DNA of 64,000 nucleotides from an uncultured Gammaproteobacteria bacterium (GTDB taxonomy: Bacteria; Patescibacteriota; Microgenomatia; Woykebacterales; RBG-16-39-9b): NCBI GenBank assembly GCA_964643435.1, contig CAZXPY010000001.1, positions 74,802 through 138,801 of the forward strand, in the 5' to 3' direction. A model generated the notes under the pieces. That model saw nothing but the letters and a program-made list of their open reading frames with translations, ran no database searches and was not told the origin of the DNA. Of the stretch, positions 19,488 through 30,030 are shown one piece after another (position 1 is the first letter of the stretch; every line of letters begins with the position of its first letter). A program made the translations under genes and the position numbers.

Positions 19488-20792
19488 ATGAAAATAGCAA
19501 TTATTGGCGCCGGCTACGTTGGTCTCGTAACCGCTGGTATTTTTTCGGATTTTGGTCATAAAGTCTACTGTATTGATATTGACAAAGAAAAAATCGAAAA
19601 TTTAAAAGCGACGAGACTCCCCTTCTTTGAACCCGGATTAGACGATTTGTTAAAAAGAAATTTGGAAAGAGAGCGACTTTTTTTTACCACTAGTTACGAA
19701 TTGGCAATTCCTTCAAGCAAAGTTATATTTATTTGCGTTGGAACACCACCACTGAGAGACGGCGAGGTAGATTTAACCCAATTATACTCGGCTGTAGAAG
19801 AAACAGCAAAACACCTAAAAGGCTATTCTCTAATAGCCATAAAAAGTACTGTACCGATTGGGGTTGAAGAGGATATTGAAAAAATAATCAAAAAATTCTC
19901 AAAATCGAAGGTTGAATTAGCTTCTTGTCCAGAATTTTTAAGAGAAGGTAGTGCGATTGCTGATAGTCGTCGTCCCGATAGAATTGTAATCGGCACAAAA
20001 AGCAAAAAAGCCGCCGATATCTTACTTGATTTACACAAACACATAAGTGGTGAGAGGATAATTTGCGATTTGCGAAGTGCTCAATTGATAAAATACGTAG
20101 CTAATTCTTTTTTGGCAACCAAGGTTTCTTTTGCTAACTCCGTTGCGAATTTGAGCGAAAAGGTTGGTGCTGATAGTGATACTGTACTTTGGGGTGCTGG
20201 TCTTGATCGTAGAGTTGGCCATACGTATCTTTCACCAGGAGTTGGTTACGGCGGCAGTTGTCTACCAAAAGATGTTTTAGCTTTTGTTGATATGGCAAAA
20301 AAATACGGCTTTGATTTTAAGCTTTTGCGGGCAGTTGATGAAATTAACGAAGGTCAAATAGATAATTTTGTAGAAAAAATAAAAAAAGCTTTAAATAATC
20401 AAGTAAAGGGAAAAATAATCACGATTCTAGGACTATCATTTAAACCGAATACTGATGATATGAGAGAAGCACCTTCAGTTAAGATTATTAATAGGCTTAT
20501 CTCGCAAGGTGCAAAAATTAAAGCTTATGATCCGGTAGCAACCAGAAATGCCAAAAACTATTTAAAGGATGTAATTTTTACTTCTAATGCTTACGAAGCA
20601 GCGGTTGGTTCAAGCGCACTTTGTATTGTTACCGAATGGAATGAATTTAAAGAACTAGATTTGTTAAAAATATCTAAAATAATGAAAAAACCGATTATTC
20701 TGGACGGCCGAAATATTTACAACCCCAAAAAAATAAAAGAAGCGGGGTTTATTTATATGGGGATGGGGAGAAGAAATGCAGATATTAGTTAG
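19488..20792 (+). CDS. ugd: UDP-glucose 6-dehydrogenase
   Basis: IGAGYVGL, KSTVP, PEFLREG, GYGGSCLPKD, FKPNTDDMRE. Confidence 0.95.
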   Translation: MKIAIIGAGYVGLVTAGIFSDFGHKVYCIDIDKEKIENLKATRLPFFEPGLDDLLKRNLERERLFFTTSYELAIPSSKVIFICVGTPPLRDGEVDLTQLYSAVEETAKHLKGYSLIAIKSTVPIGVEEDIEKIIKKFSKSKVELASCPEFLREGSAIADSRRPDRIVIGTKSKKAADILLDLHKHISGERIICDLRSAQLIKYVANSFLATKVSFANSVANLSEKVGADSDTVLWGAGLDRRVGHTYLSPGVGYGGSCLPKDVLAFVDMAKKYGFDFKLLRAVDEINEGQIDNFVEKIKKALNNQVKGKIITILGLSFKPNTDDMREAPSVKIINRLISQGAKIKAYDPVATRNAKNYLKDVIFTSNAYEAAVGSSALCIVTEWNEFKELDLLKISKIMKKPIILDGRNIYNPKKIKEAGFIYMGMGRRNADIS

Positions 20793-21717
20793 TGGCGGAG
20801 CCGGTTTTATCGGTTCTCATCTCTGCGAAAAACTTTTAAAAGGGCACAACAGAGTTATTTGTGTTGATAATTTAATTACTGGTTCGCAGTCTAATGTAAA
20901 GGAGTTAAAAAAAAATAAAGAATTTAATTTTTTAAAGGTAGATATAATCAGACCCTTTTCTTTAGATGATTTTGGTAGGATTGATCAAATTTATCATCTC
21001 GCTTCTCCTGCCGACCCTTCCCATTATTTGAAGTACCCGATTGAAACCCTTCTTGCAAACAGTTTAGGGACTTACAACTTATTAAAACTCGCATTAAAAA
21101 ACCACGCCAAATTTTTGTACGCTTCTTCAAGTGAAGTCTACGGTGATCCAAAAGAACACCCCCAGAAAGAAAGTTACTTCGGGAACGTGAATCCTGTTGG
21201 GGTACGGTCTTGCTACGATGAAGGTAAAAGATTTGGGGAAGCCCTAGTAACAGCCTATTACAAAAAATATAAATTTGACGTGCGGATTATTAGAATTTTT
21301 AACACCTACGGTCCAAAAATGCATCTTGAAGAGGGGAGAATGGTACCTAATTTTATTATGAGAGCTTTAAAGAATAAGCCACTCCCAATTTACGGGGATG
21401 GAAAAAATACCAGAAGTTTATGCTACATCTCCGATCTAGTAGAAGGATTAGTTTTGGCGATGAATAAAAAGGGAACAGCCGGAGAGGTTTTTAATTTAGG
21501 AAATCCTGACGAGTATAGTGTTGAGCAATTTGCCAAAATTGTTATTGAATCTTTGGGTTCGAATTCAAAAATAGAATTTGAGAATGAGTGGGAAGATGAC
21601 CCTAAAAGAAGAAAACCAGATATTTCTAAAGCAAAAGCCGTTCTAGAATGGCAACCGAAAGTTCCTCTAAATATTGGCTTGCAAAAAACAATAGAATATT
21701 TCCGAGAATTTACTTAA
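20776..21717 (+). CDS. uxs: UDP-glucuronate decarboxylase (UDP-xylose synthase)
   Basis: YHLASPA.P, SSEVYGDP, GNVNP.G.RSCYDEGKR, RIFNTYGP, DDP.RRKPDI. Confidence 0.88.
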   Translation: MQILVSGGAGFIGSHLCEKLLKGHNRVICVDNLITGSQSNVKELKKNKEFNFLKVDIIRPFSLDDFGRIDQIYHLASPADPSHYLKYPIETLLANSLGTYNLLKLALKNHAKFLYASSSEVYGDPKEHPQKESYFGNVNPVGVRSCYDEGKRFGEALVTAYYKKYKFDVRIIRIFNTYGPKMHLEEGRMVPNFIMRALKNKPLPIYGDGKNTRSLCYISDLVEGLVLAMNKKGTAGEVFNLGNPDEYSVEQFAKIVIESLGSNSKIEFENEWEDDPKRRKPDISKAKAVLEWQPKVPLNIGLQKTIEYFREFT

Positions 21718-23802
21718 ATGATTTGGCGATTTAAGCCGTTAGATATTTTTTTCGTTTTTTTAATCTCCGTTTTACCATTAATAATTTTTTTGCCCAGTTT
21801 TTTCAAAGGTATAGTTGCCGGTGGAGACATTGGGCTTTATTGGTTTTATGGCTCCTTAATTAAAGAGTCGGTTTTAAAATTTGGACAACTGCCTCTTTGG
21901 AACCCTTATTACACTAGCGGTGCACCTTTGGACGGTAATAGTGTAACTACCTTTTTTTATCCACCTACTTGGCTTTTTTTATTTTTTAATGAGGTAGCAA
22001 CAATTAATGTTTTGATCGTTGGGCATTTAATTTTACTAGGCGAGAGTGCGTATTTTTTTGCAAGGAGCACGCTTAATCTCTCAGCAACATCATCTTTTCT
22101 GGTCTCTTTAGGTATTATGTTAACCCCAAAAGTTTTCAATCATATTTATGGGGGTCATTACGCCTTTGTTTTTGCCTTCGCTTGGGTACCAATTGTTTTC
22201 TTTTTAATATTTCGAATAGTTAAAAGCGCCAAAATAATAAAAGACGCTCTTCTTTTAGGATTAGTGTTTTCCCTAATGTATTTTTCAATGATTCAGGTGG
22301 CTTTCTATACTTTTTTTATTTTTCTCCTGTATCTGCTTTACGAATTATTCTTATTCCATTTTGAGCAAAATTTTCAAATTAAACGGACAATCAAAGAAGC
22401 AACTAGACTTGCAAAGGTATTTTTAAGCACTTTATTTTTTTTCGTAGGCTTTAGTGCAATTAGTCTGCTACCAACCCTTTTTTACGCCCAAAATTCTGTT
22501 CGTAAGGGGCTAACATTATTCGAATCAGCTATTCCCGCAATTTATCCAGATACTTTTCTAAAACTCTTTTATATAAAACCAGACGCTTTTGAACCTTTTG
22601 AGGTGGTAATTTATGTTGGTATCTTGACTTTAATTTTCGCTGTTATCGGAATTTTTAAAGGTAGAGACAAGCGAATTTTGTTTCTTCTATTACTAGCTAC
22701 CTTTGCGGCTTTTTTTTCACTAGGAGCAAATGGGTCGCTCTACCGGGTTTTTTATTACTTGGTTCCTGGATTTAGTTGGTTTCGGGGGCCAATAAGAATC
22801 TGGTTCTTTTTTGCTTTTTCGGCAAGTATCTTAGCTGGTTTTGGTGTTGATTGGTTATTAAATTTGAAAGTGGTAAAGAAAATTGCTTGGGTTAAATTTA
22901 CTTTTGCCTCATTACTTATTTTTTTATTTTTCGGGCATCTTTGGCTTTATGATAAGGATTATAGTAAACCGCATCAACTTAACGAAATAACTCGGTTCAG
23001 CCCCATTCTCGAAAATTTACCAGAGCAAAACAACTTATTTAGAATCTATTCAGTAGATCGTTCTACCTCATATATTGAAGCTAAAAATAAAAATTTACAT
23101 TACGCTGATGGTGGAGACGTAGCACCACTAAAGAATTATTCAGATTTTATAAACGCTTCCCTAAATTATCACTATGAAGGCTATTCCTTATCAGTACCGC
23201 CAAATCAAGTTATCTACCCAGAAAGTAGGTACTATCAAAAACCAAACCCAGACCCCAACCTTTTAGGTATGTTAAACGTAAAATATATAATTTCTCCTGA
23301 AAATCTTGAAAATCTCGATTTAGAATTTAAAAAAGAAATTGGAAGATACCGACTTTACGAAAATAAAAGATTCCTTCCAAGAGCGTTTGTTGTCGGTAAT
23401 TTAAAATCGGTAAGTAAGTTAGATCCATACACCTTAAGAGGATTTGACCTAAGATCCCAAGCAATTGTTGAAGGGCAATTAAATAGTAAAGAGATCAAGA
23501 ATGACTTTTATAAGGAAGCAGAGATTACTTTTTATTCACCAAACGAAGTTAAAATAAAAGTCAATTTGGATAAAGAAGGGTTATTGGTTTTGGCTGATAC
23601 CTATTATCCAGGTTGGAAAGCATTCGATAACGGTTCTTTAGTAAAAATTTATAAAACTAACGCTGTTGTTCGGGGTGTTATTTTAAGTAGGGGCGATCAT
23701 AATTTGAGATTTATCTACGATCCCCCTCTGTTTAAGTTGGGCTTAGTGATAAGTGGCGCTACGCTCATTATTACTTTGTTTATTCTTAAGAAAAGGGTTT
23801 AA
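21718..23802 (+). CDS. YfhO-like GT-C membrane glycosyltransferase
   Basis: GQLPLWNPY..SGAP, many TM segments, and a C-terminal LVLADTYYPGWKA...G.H...F.Y.P followed by a final TM segment. Confidence 0.8.
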   Translation: MIWRFKPLDIFFVFLISVLPLIIFLPSFFKGIVAGGDIGLYWFYGSLIKESVLKFGQLPLWNPYYTSGAPLDGNSVTTFFYPPTWLFLFFNEVATINVLIVGHLILLGESAYFFARSTLNLSATSSFLVSLGIMLTPKVFNHIYGGHYAFVFAFAWVPIVFFLIFRIVKSAKIIKDALLLGLVFSLMYFSMIQVAFYTFFIFLLYLLYELFLFHFEQNFQIKRTIKEATRLAKVFLSTLFFFVGFSAISLLPTLFYAQNSVRKGLTLFESAIPAIYPDTFLKLFYIKPDAFEPFEVVIYVGILTLIFAVIGIFKGRDKRILFLLLLATFAAFFSLGANGSLYRVFYYLVPGFSWFRGPIRIWFFFAFSASILAGFGVDWLLNLKVVKKIAWVKFTFASLLIFLFFGHLWLYDKDYSKPHQLNEITRFSPILENLPEQNNLFRIYSVDRSTSYIEAKNKNLHYADGGDVAPLKNYSDFINASLNYHYEGYSLSVPPNQVIYPESRYYQKPNPDPNLLGMLNVKYIISPENLENLDLEFKKEIGRYRLYENKRFLPRAFVVGNLKSVSKLDPYTLRGFDLRSQAIVEGQLNSKEIKNDFYKEAEITFYSPNEVKIKVNLDKEGLLVLADTYYPGWKAFDNGSLVKIYKTNAVVRGVILSRGDHNLRFIYDPPLFKLGLVISGATLIITLFILKKRV

Positions 23803-23803
23803 A

Positions 23804-24517
23804 ATGGAAGAGATGTATTTTTCAGTAGTTGTACCAACGTATAATGAAGAAAAAAGAATTGAAAATACTTTAAGAGAAATATATAAATATTTTGCCAAGA
23901 GGGGAAAAAATTTTGAGGTAATAGTGATTGATGATGGAAGTAGCGATGATACAGTTAGACTCTTGCAGGATTTAAAAAAGAAGTTTAAGAATTTAAAAAT
24001 TTTGAAACAGGGAAAAAATTATGGTAAGGGTTGGGCGGTAAAAAGAGGTGTATTGGCTGCAAAGGGAAAGTATATTCTTACTAAAGATGCCGATCTTTCA
24101 ACACCAATGACCGAAACCGATAAGCTTCTAAAAGAATTAGAAACTGGTGCTGACTTAGCAATATCCTGTCGAATTCATCCCGACGGTACTGATATGAGGT
24201 TCAGCCAACCCCTAATTCGAAGAATAGTTGGCAAAATATTTTCAAAGCTAGTAAATATTTTCGTTATAAATGGAATTAAAGATACTCAAGCCGGTACTAA
24301 AATGTATAAGGCGAACGCTGCTAAAAAACTGTTCCGAAAGCAAAAAATCAAAAGAATCGCCTTTGATGTTGAAATTTTATATTTGGCGAAAAGAGCGGGT
24401 ATGGGAATTGCTCAAATCCCGGTTATGTGGTCAACTGACGGAAAGTCCAGGCTACGATTTTTTAAAGAATTAAGAGTTTTGTGGGATATTTTTACCATTA
24501 AGCTTAATCACAAATGA
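23804..24517 (+). CDS. Dolichyl-phosphate beta-glucosyltransferase-like GT2 (ALG5/DPG type)
   Basis: PTYNEEKRI, NYGKGWAV, DADLSTP, DTQAGTK, FDVEIL; ATG at 23804 preferred over the longer track ORF starting at 23753. Confidence 0.87.
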   Translation: MEEMYFSVVVPTYNEEKRIENTLREIYKYFAKRGKNFEVIVIDDGSSDDTVRLLQDLKKKFKNLKILKQGKNYGKGWAVKRGVLAAKGKYILTKDADLSTPMTETDKLLKELETGADLAISCRIHPDGTDMRFSQPLIRRIVGKIFSKLVNIFVINGIKDTQAGTKMYKANAAKKLFRKQKIKRIAFDVEILYLAKRAGMGIAQIPVMWSTDGKSRLRFFKELRVLWDIFTIKLNHK

Positions 24518-26070
24518 GAATTAGAAAAATTTTTGAATCAGAAAACTTCTTTATCGCTTTAATTTTATTAATAAATTTGATCAAGTTATGGAGAATAGAT
24601 GACGGTTTTGTTCTGGGAGAACCAGATGAAAGAAATTATGTAGATGTTGTTCGTAATTTACGTAGTTCTCCTTACCCGCAGTTTGACGGTACGCCTTTTT
24701 TACACTCTTTACCTTTATTCCATTATTTAGCTCTGCCTCTAAGTTTCATCTTTCCAGTCCAATACTTAGCGGTGAGATTGGTTTCTTGGTTAGCAAGTCT
24801 GCTGTTAGCCTTAGTAATTTACTGGTACTTAAAAGAAAAATTCTCTACTATTACTGGTTTAGCCGGTGCTCTAGTTTTTAGCGTGTTACCGTTGTCGGTT
24901 TTCTATACAAGACTCGGCTTGCTCGAGAGTTTGCTCTCTTTTTTTGTGATTGCTTTTATTTTTAGTTTGGATAAGGCCGTAAATAGTAAAAGTGAAAAAT
25001 GGGCGGCGATTAGTGGAGTTTTTTTAGCAGCCGCAGTTTTGACAAAATACACGGCCCTGCCTTTTATTGCTCTACCAGTAATTATTTTTGCTTTTATTGC
25101 TCTTAGGCAGCTACAAAACAAAGGAATACGATTTCTTCTCAAGCTTAAAGAGTGGTATAGATTAGCTAAAATTCAGGCAGTTACACTTCTAACAAGTTTT
25201 TTGGTTGTTTTTCCACCAATAATTTTTATTTACTCACACGACCCTTTAGAATTTAGAACCCAACTGCGATATATATTATCTTTTGGTCAGGAAAGGACTA
25301 ATTTCGCTGCCCTTAAATTTCTCCTGCCAAATCTTTCTGAATATTTAAGTTGGCCAATATTAATTTTATTTATTTTAGGCTTAGCTTATTTATTTTTTAG
25401 TTTAAGAATAAAAAAAATTTGGATTTTTTTTGTTGGTTTTTTATTAATCGCTTTTTTTGTTTTAAGAGCCAATCTAATTGGTCCGCGCTATTTTATGATA
25501 CTGACTCCTTTTGTTTCAGTGTTTGCCGGTATCTGTTTGGGTAAGATTCTTGAGACGGTGGGGTCTAAAGTTTGGTGGTTAGCACCATTAGTTCTTGTCT
25601 CAATAGCTGGTTTAATATCTCCTTCCTCTTGGTTAGCTCTTCAATCAACCCGTCACGATATAATTGAGCAGGTAGGAGCTTTTATAAGAGAGCAGCGTAA
25701 AGACGAATGGGTTTTTAGCAATTATTGGGCAAGTGCCTTTGTAGACCCGATTGGTACTTATAAAATAACTTGGCTTAGTGGTGGACTGGCAGATAGTACT
25801 AGTTACAGTGGAAAAAAAGAAAGTTTGTATGAGAAGATTGACGAGCCATCGTTAAATAAAATTATGAAAGAAGGAGGCTTTGTAATCTTAGAAGAAAACT
25901 ACTCACTAGATTTAATTAATAGTTCGGCTCGGGAAAGTGCCCTCTCACCCATAAAAGGTTTATACCAGCCAATTAAAATTTTTGAAGATCGGCAGCCTAA
26001 TTACCCTTTTCCTAAAAAAATTCCTAACAAAATATCAGTTTATAAAATACCGTCCCAAGGAGAAGAATAA
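24514..26070 (+). CDS. GT-C membrane glycosyltransferase (PMT/ArnT-like)
   Basis: First-loop PDERNY, PLFHY, RLVS, E.LL and AVLTKY motifs; about 12 TM segments. Confidence 0.8.
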   Translation: MRIRKIFESENFFIALILLINLIKLWRIDDGFVLGEPDERNYVDVVRNLRSSPYPQFDGTPFLHSLPLFHYLALPLSFIFPVQYLAVRLVSWLASLLLALVIYWYLKEKFSTITGLAGALVFSVLPLSVFYTRLGLLESLLSFFVIAFIFSLDKAVNSKSEKWAAISGVFLAAAVLTKYTALPFIALPVIIFAFIALRQLQNKGIRFLLKLKEWYRLAKIQAVTLLTSFLVVFPPIIFIYSHDPLEFRTQLRYILSFGQERTNFAALKFLLPNLSEYLSWPILILFILGLAYLFFSLRIKKIWIFFVGFLLIAFFVLRANLIGPRYFMILTPFVSVFAGICLGKILETVGSKVWWLAPLVLVSIAGLISPSSWLALQSTRHDIIEQVGAFIREQRKDEWVFSNYWASAFVDPIGTYKITWLSGGLADSTSYSGKKESLYEKIDEPSLNKIMKEGGFVILEENYSLDLINSSARESALSPIKGLYQPIKIFEDRQPNYPFPKKIPNKISVYKIPSQGEE

Positions 26071-26072
26071 AG

Positions 26073-27182
26073 ATGATTAGGGTTATTTCGGTTTTTGGAA
26101 CGAGACCGGAGGCAATAAAGATGGCGCCGGTGATTTTGGAATTAAGAAAATCCCCCCAGGTAAAATCAATTGTAGCGGTTACTGGTCAGCATCGCCAGAT
26201 GCTAGATTGGCCACTTCGGACATTTGAAATCACCCCTAATTATGATCTCAATATTATGAAGGAAAATCAAAGTCTCAGCGAAATTTTAATTAATGAATTT
26301 GAAGGTATTGAGAGAATTTTAAAAAAAGAAAGACCAGATCTTGTGCTTGTTCAAGGTGATACTACAACAACGCTTGCAGCCTCATTGGCCGCTTATTATA
26401 CAAGAATCAAATTAGCTCATGTAGAGGCGGGTCTGCGGTCCTTCGACAAAGACAACCCTTATCCAGAAGAGGTAAATAGAAGCTTAGTTGATTTGATGGC
26501 CGATTTTTGTTTTGCGCCGAGTATTGGATCAGAAAAGAACTTACTAAGAATAGGTATTGAAGAAAAAAGGATTTTCGTTACCGGCAATACTGGTATAGAT
26601 GCCTTGCATTTTGTTCTAGACAAAAAATTTGAAATAAAAAACGAAATCCTTAAAAAGATTAGTCTAAACGAAAAAATAATCTTACTTACTATCCATCGTC
26701 GCGAAAGTTATTTAGGGCCACAGATGAGAAATATCTTTGATGCTATCAGTAAAATTTCAAAGCAGTTTCCCAATATAAGGATTATTTACCCAGTACACCC
26801 CAACCCGAACGTCCAAAGTTTGGCTAGAGAAATCCTAGGAAAAGCCTCTAAAGTCACTTTGCTTGACAACCTCTCTTACGAAGATTTTGTTTATCTTTTT
26901 AAAAATTGCTACTTTGTGATGACGGATTCTGGTGGTATTCAAGAAGAGGCACCGTCTTTAAACAAACCAGTGTTGGTAATTAGAAATAAAACGGAAAGAC
27001 CGGAAGTAATCGAGATTGGGGCGGCAAAATTGGTTGGTACTGATTTAAATAATATTTTTAAATCCGCCACAACCCTTTTAAATAGTTCCGCGGAGTATCA
27101 AAAAATGATTAATAAAAAAAATCCTTATGGAGACGGAAGGGCAGCTAAAAAAATTGTCAAGATTCTTTTGGATAAATTATGA
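26073..27182 (+). CDS. wecB: UDP-N-acetylglucosamine 2-epimerase (non-hydrolysing)
   Basis: GTRPEAIKMAP, TGQHRQM, QGDTTT, HVEAGLRS, TDSGGIQEE, NPYGDG. Confidence 0.97.
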   Translation: MIRVISVFGTRPEAIKMAPVILELRKSPQVKSIVAVTGQHRQMLDWPLRTFEITPNYDLNIMKENQSLSEILINEFEGIERILKKERPDLVLVQGDTTTTLAASLAAYYTRIKLAHVEAGLRSFDKDNPYPEEVNRSLVDLMADFCFAPSIGSEKNLLRIGIEEKRIFVTGNTGIDALHFVLDKKFEIKNEILKKISLNEKIILLTIHRRESYLGPQMRNIFDAISKISKQFPNIRIIYPVHPNPNVQSLAREILGKASKVTLLDNLSYEDFVYLFKNCYFVMTDSGGIQEEAPSLNKPVLVIRNKTERPEVIEIGAAKLVGTDLNNIFKSATTLLNSSAEYQKMINKKNPYGDGRAAKKIVKILLDKL

Positions 27183-27907
27183 AAAAAAGTATAGCCGTTA
27201 TTATCCCCTTCTATAATGAGGAAAAAAACATCCCCCCACTTTTCGAAAAAATAACCGATATAAGAAACAAATTTGAGATTAACTTAGAGGTCATCGCTAT
27301 AAATGATGGTAGTAGCGATAATACTTTAAAGTCCCTGCAGAAACTATCGCAAAAATATGGATTTTTGCATGTTTTAAACTTAACCCCTAATCAAGGTATG
27401 GCCCAAGCTTTAAAACTTGGTATAAAGGAAGCTCTAAGGAGAGAATTTGATTATCTAGTTTTAATGGAAGGAGATTTATCTAACGACCCAAAACATATCC
27501 CTGATTTTGTTAGCAAAATTGGAGAAGGTTATGATCTTGTTTTGGGTAGCCGCTTTGTTAAAGGAGGGGGAATGGAAGGTATCGCTTTTACAAGAGTAGC
27601 CATAAGTGCCCTAGGAAATTTTTTTGGCAGGTTTATCTTAGGTATTAAAATTAGCGATTTTACTTGTGGTTTTAGAGCAGGCAAGAGAGAAGTTTTTGAA
27701 AAAATAAATTTAGAGGAAAAGACTTTTGGAATCCAGTTGGAAACTGTGGTGAAGGCAGCGGCTGCTGGTTTTAAAATAGGTGAAATACCGATAATACTGC
27801 GCCGCCGGCTTCACGGAACTTCAAGTATGATTTATAATTTGAATTTAATTGGTTCTTATATATCACTTTTTAAGAAATCTCGATTGTGGCTAAAGAGAAA
27901 AAAATGA
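27179..27907 (+). CDS. DPM1-like polyprenol-phosphate glycosyl synthase (GT2)
   Basis: PFYNEEKNI, NDGSSD, MEGDLSNDP, GSRF..GG, DFTCGFRA. Confidence 0.82.
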   Translation: MKKSIAVIIPFYNEEKNIPPLFEKITDIRNKFEINLEVIAINDGSSDNTLKSLQKLSQKYGFLHVLNLTPNQGMAQALKLGIKEALRREFDYLVLMEGDLSNDPKHIPDFVSKIGEGYDLVLGSRFVKGGGMEGIAFTRVAISALGNFFGRFILGIKISDFTCGFRAGKREVFEKINLEEKTFGIQLETVVKAAAAGFKIGEIPIILRRRLHGTSSMIYNLNLIGSYISLFKKSRLWLKRKK

Positions 27908-29178
27908 TACCCCTTAAGTTAATTCTAAATAAGCTGTTCAAAACAAAAGTTGGTCAGGGAAGTATAATACTTTTTTTAGCCTCTTTTCTAAGCGGTTTTT
28001 TTAATTATTTATTTAACCCGCTTATGGGTAGGTTTCTAGGCCCCGATCTTTATGGGGAACTTGCCAGTTTACTTTCATTGCTAAATTTAACAAGTGTAGT
28101 CACGCTTGCTTTAGGTACTGTTGTAGTGAAATTTACAGCCGATTTTAAAGCAAAAGGCGAAAATACTAAAATCAACGAGCTTCTTTTAGGTCTAACAAAA
28201 AAAATTTTCTATTTAAGTGGATTATTTTTTGTTCTTCTCGCTTTTGCAAGCAATCAAATTGCCAACTTTTTAAAACTGAATCAAAGTTTACCAGTAATAA
28301 TTTTGGCAGCCCTAATTGCAATTAGCTTCTTTCTAACAATTAATAATGGAATTTTGCAAGGTCTTCTAAACTTTACTTTTTATTCAATAAGTCTTTTATC
28401 CCAATCTTTATCAAGATTAATATTTGGATTGGTGATAGTTACGCTCGGTTTTAAACTAAATGGAGTGATGTTTGCTATTCTTTTTGGTTTGGGGTTAACC
28501 TATATTTTAACTTTTTATCCTCTTAAACAGTACTTAAGAAAAGTTCCTAAAAAAATTGAATTTCCTTGGACAGGGCTTTTTTCATATTCTTTAACCACCT
28601 TTATTTCAATTTTAGGATTGGCATTAATTATGACTACTGATTTAGTCTTGGTGAAACATTTTTTTTCAAGCTATGAGGCCGGACTTTATTCAGCTGCTTC
28701 TTTAACTGCCAAAATAATTTTGTTTCTAGTAACGCCGGTTATTTTGGTTATGTTTCCTTTAATTTCAGAACGTGCAAGCAGCAATAAAGGGTATATTCAT
28801 TTACTATATTACACTTTTGGATTTGCTTTATTTGCGGGAGTGTTGTTAACAATCACTTATTTCCTTTTTTCTAAATTTATTTTAGGGATTCTTTTCGGGC
28901 AAAAATATTTAGAAGTTGCTAATATCTTAGGTCTATTCGCCTTGTTTATCTTTCTTTACACCCTCTCAACGGTTTTAGTTTATTTTTACCTTTCGATTCA
29001 AAAAATAAAGGTAGCGGCTATTCCTTTTTTAATTAGTCTTTTACAAATTATATTAATTTGGTTTTATCATAGTTCTTTACTGGTAGTTCTCCAAATAAAC
29101 TTACTTGTAAGCGCTTTACTACTGTTCCTCTTAATGGTATATTACGCGAAGCTAAAATTTAACTATGGAAGAAACTAG
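27886..29178 (+). CDS. Wzx-type oligosaccharide flippase (likely start 27904)
   Basis: About 12 TM segments; R.LGP..YG, DLVLVKHFF...EAGLYSA and MFP motifs. Confidence 0.85.
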   Translation: MAKEKKMIPLKLILNKLFKTKVGQGSIILFLASFLSGFFNYLFNPLMGRFLGPDLYGELASLLSLLNLTSVVTLALGTVVVKFTADFKAKGENTKINELLLGLTKKIFYLSGLFFVLLAFASNQIANFLKLNQSLPVIILAALIAISFFLTINNGILQGLLNFTFYSISLLSQSLSRLIFGLVIVTLGFKLNGVMFAILFGLGLTYILTFYPLKQYLRKVPKKIEFPWTGLFSYSLTTFISILGLALIMTTDLVLVKHFFSSYEAGLYSAASLTAKIILFLVTPVILVMFPLISERASSNKGYIHLLYYTFGFALFAGVLLTITYFLFSKFILGILFGQKYLEVANILGLFALFIFLYTLSTVLVYFYLSIQKIKVAAIPFLISLLQIILIWFYHSSLLVVLQINLLVSALLLFLLMVYYAKLKFNYGRN

Positions 29179-29962
29179 AATTCAAAAACTTTCGGTTATA
29201 GTACCGGCGTTTAAACAAGCAGATTCAGTAACGGCTGATATAAAAAATATAATAAACACTCTTAAACAGATTCGTTATTCTTGGGAGCTAATAGTAGTGG
29301 TAGATGGTAAAGAAGATGAGACATACAATCGGGCGAAAAAATTGGAGAGTGAACAAATTAGAGTTTACGGTTTTGAAAAAAATAGAGGAAAGGGTTACGC
29401 AGTTCGTTACGGTATGGCAAGGAGTAGTGGCGATATAATTGCTTTTTTAGATTCGGGTATGGAAATTAATCCAAACGGTATTAGTATGTTGCTTGAACAT
29501 CTGGAATGGTATAGGGCCGATGTGGTAGTGGGTTCCAAACGTCACCCTGCTTCTAAGGTTAATTATCCCTTTTTTCGGAGAATTTTAAGTTTAGGCTACC
29601 AAATTTTAGTCTTTTTACTTTTTGGTTTAAGAATAAGAGACACCCAAGTCGGTTTGAAAGTTTTTCGACGAGGGGTCTTGGAAGACGTTCTGCCCAGACT
29701 TTTAGTTAAAAGATATGCATTTGATGTGGAGATGTTAGCCGTTGCCCATTATTTGGGGTATAAGCGAATCTTTGAGGCTCCGGTTGAACTTGAATATAAT
29801 TTTTCCCTAGCAGCAGCAGCAAAATGGAGTAACATTTTAAATATGTTGGTCGATACTTTTGCAATTTTCTATCGCTTAAAAATTCTTAACTACTACAGTG
29901 ATAAAAATAAAAGAAAATGGCGCTACGACCCAGAACTCGAATTTAAAGTCAATGTTGGATAG
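29165..29962 (+). CDS. DPG-synthase-like GT2
   Basis: NRGKGYAVRYG, GSKRHP.S, RDTQVGLK, YAFDVEML. Confidence 0.85.
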   Translation: MEETRIQKLSVIVPAFKQADSVTADIKNIINTLKQIRYSWELIVVVDGKEDETYNRAKKLESEQIRVYGFEKNRGKGYAVRYGMARSSGDIIAFLDSGMEINPNGISMLLEHLEWYRADVVVGSKRHPASKVNYPFFRRILSLGYQILVFLLFGLRIRDTQVGLKVFRRGVLEDVLPRLLVKRYAFDVEMLAVAHYLGYKRIFEAPVELEYNFSLAAAAKWSNILNMLVDTFAIFYRLKILNYYSDKNKRKWRYDPELEFKVNVG

Positions 29963-29969
29963 CTTATAG

Positions 29970-29998
29970 TTGCAAAAAACTGATATTTATGATATACT
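29970..29998 (+). promoter_or_regulatory. Promoter TTGCAA-N17-TATACT with extended -10 TG; strong SD AAGGAGGAGG downstream
   Basis: TTGCAA at 29970-29975, TG at 29990-29991, TATACT at 29993-29998; SD just before the ATG at 30031. Confidence 0.7.
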
Positions 29999-30030
29999 TC
30001 TACCCCAATTCGCCAAAAGGAGGAGGATAG

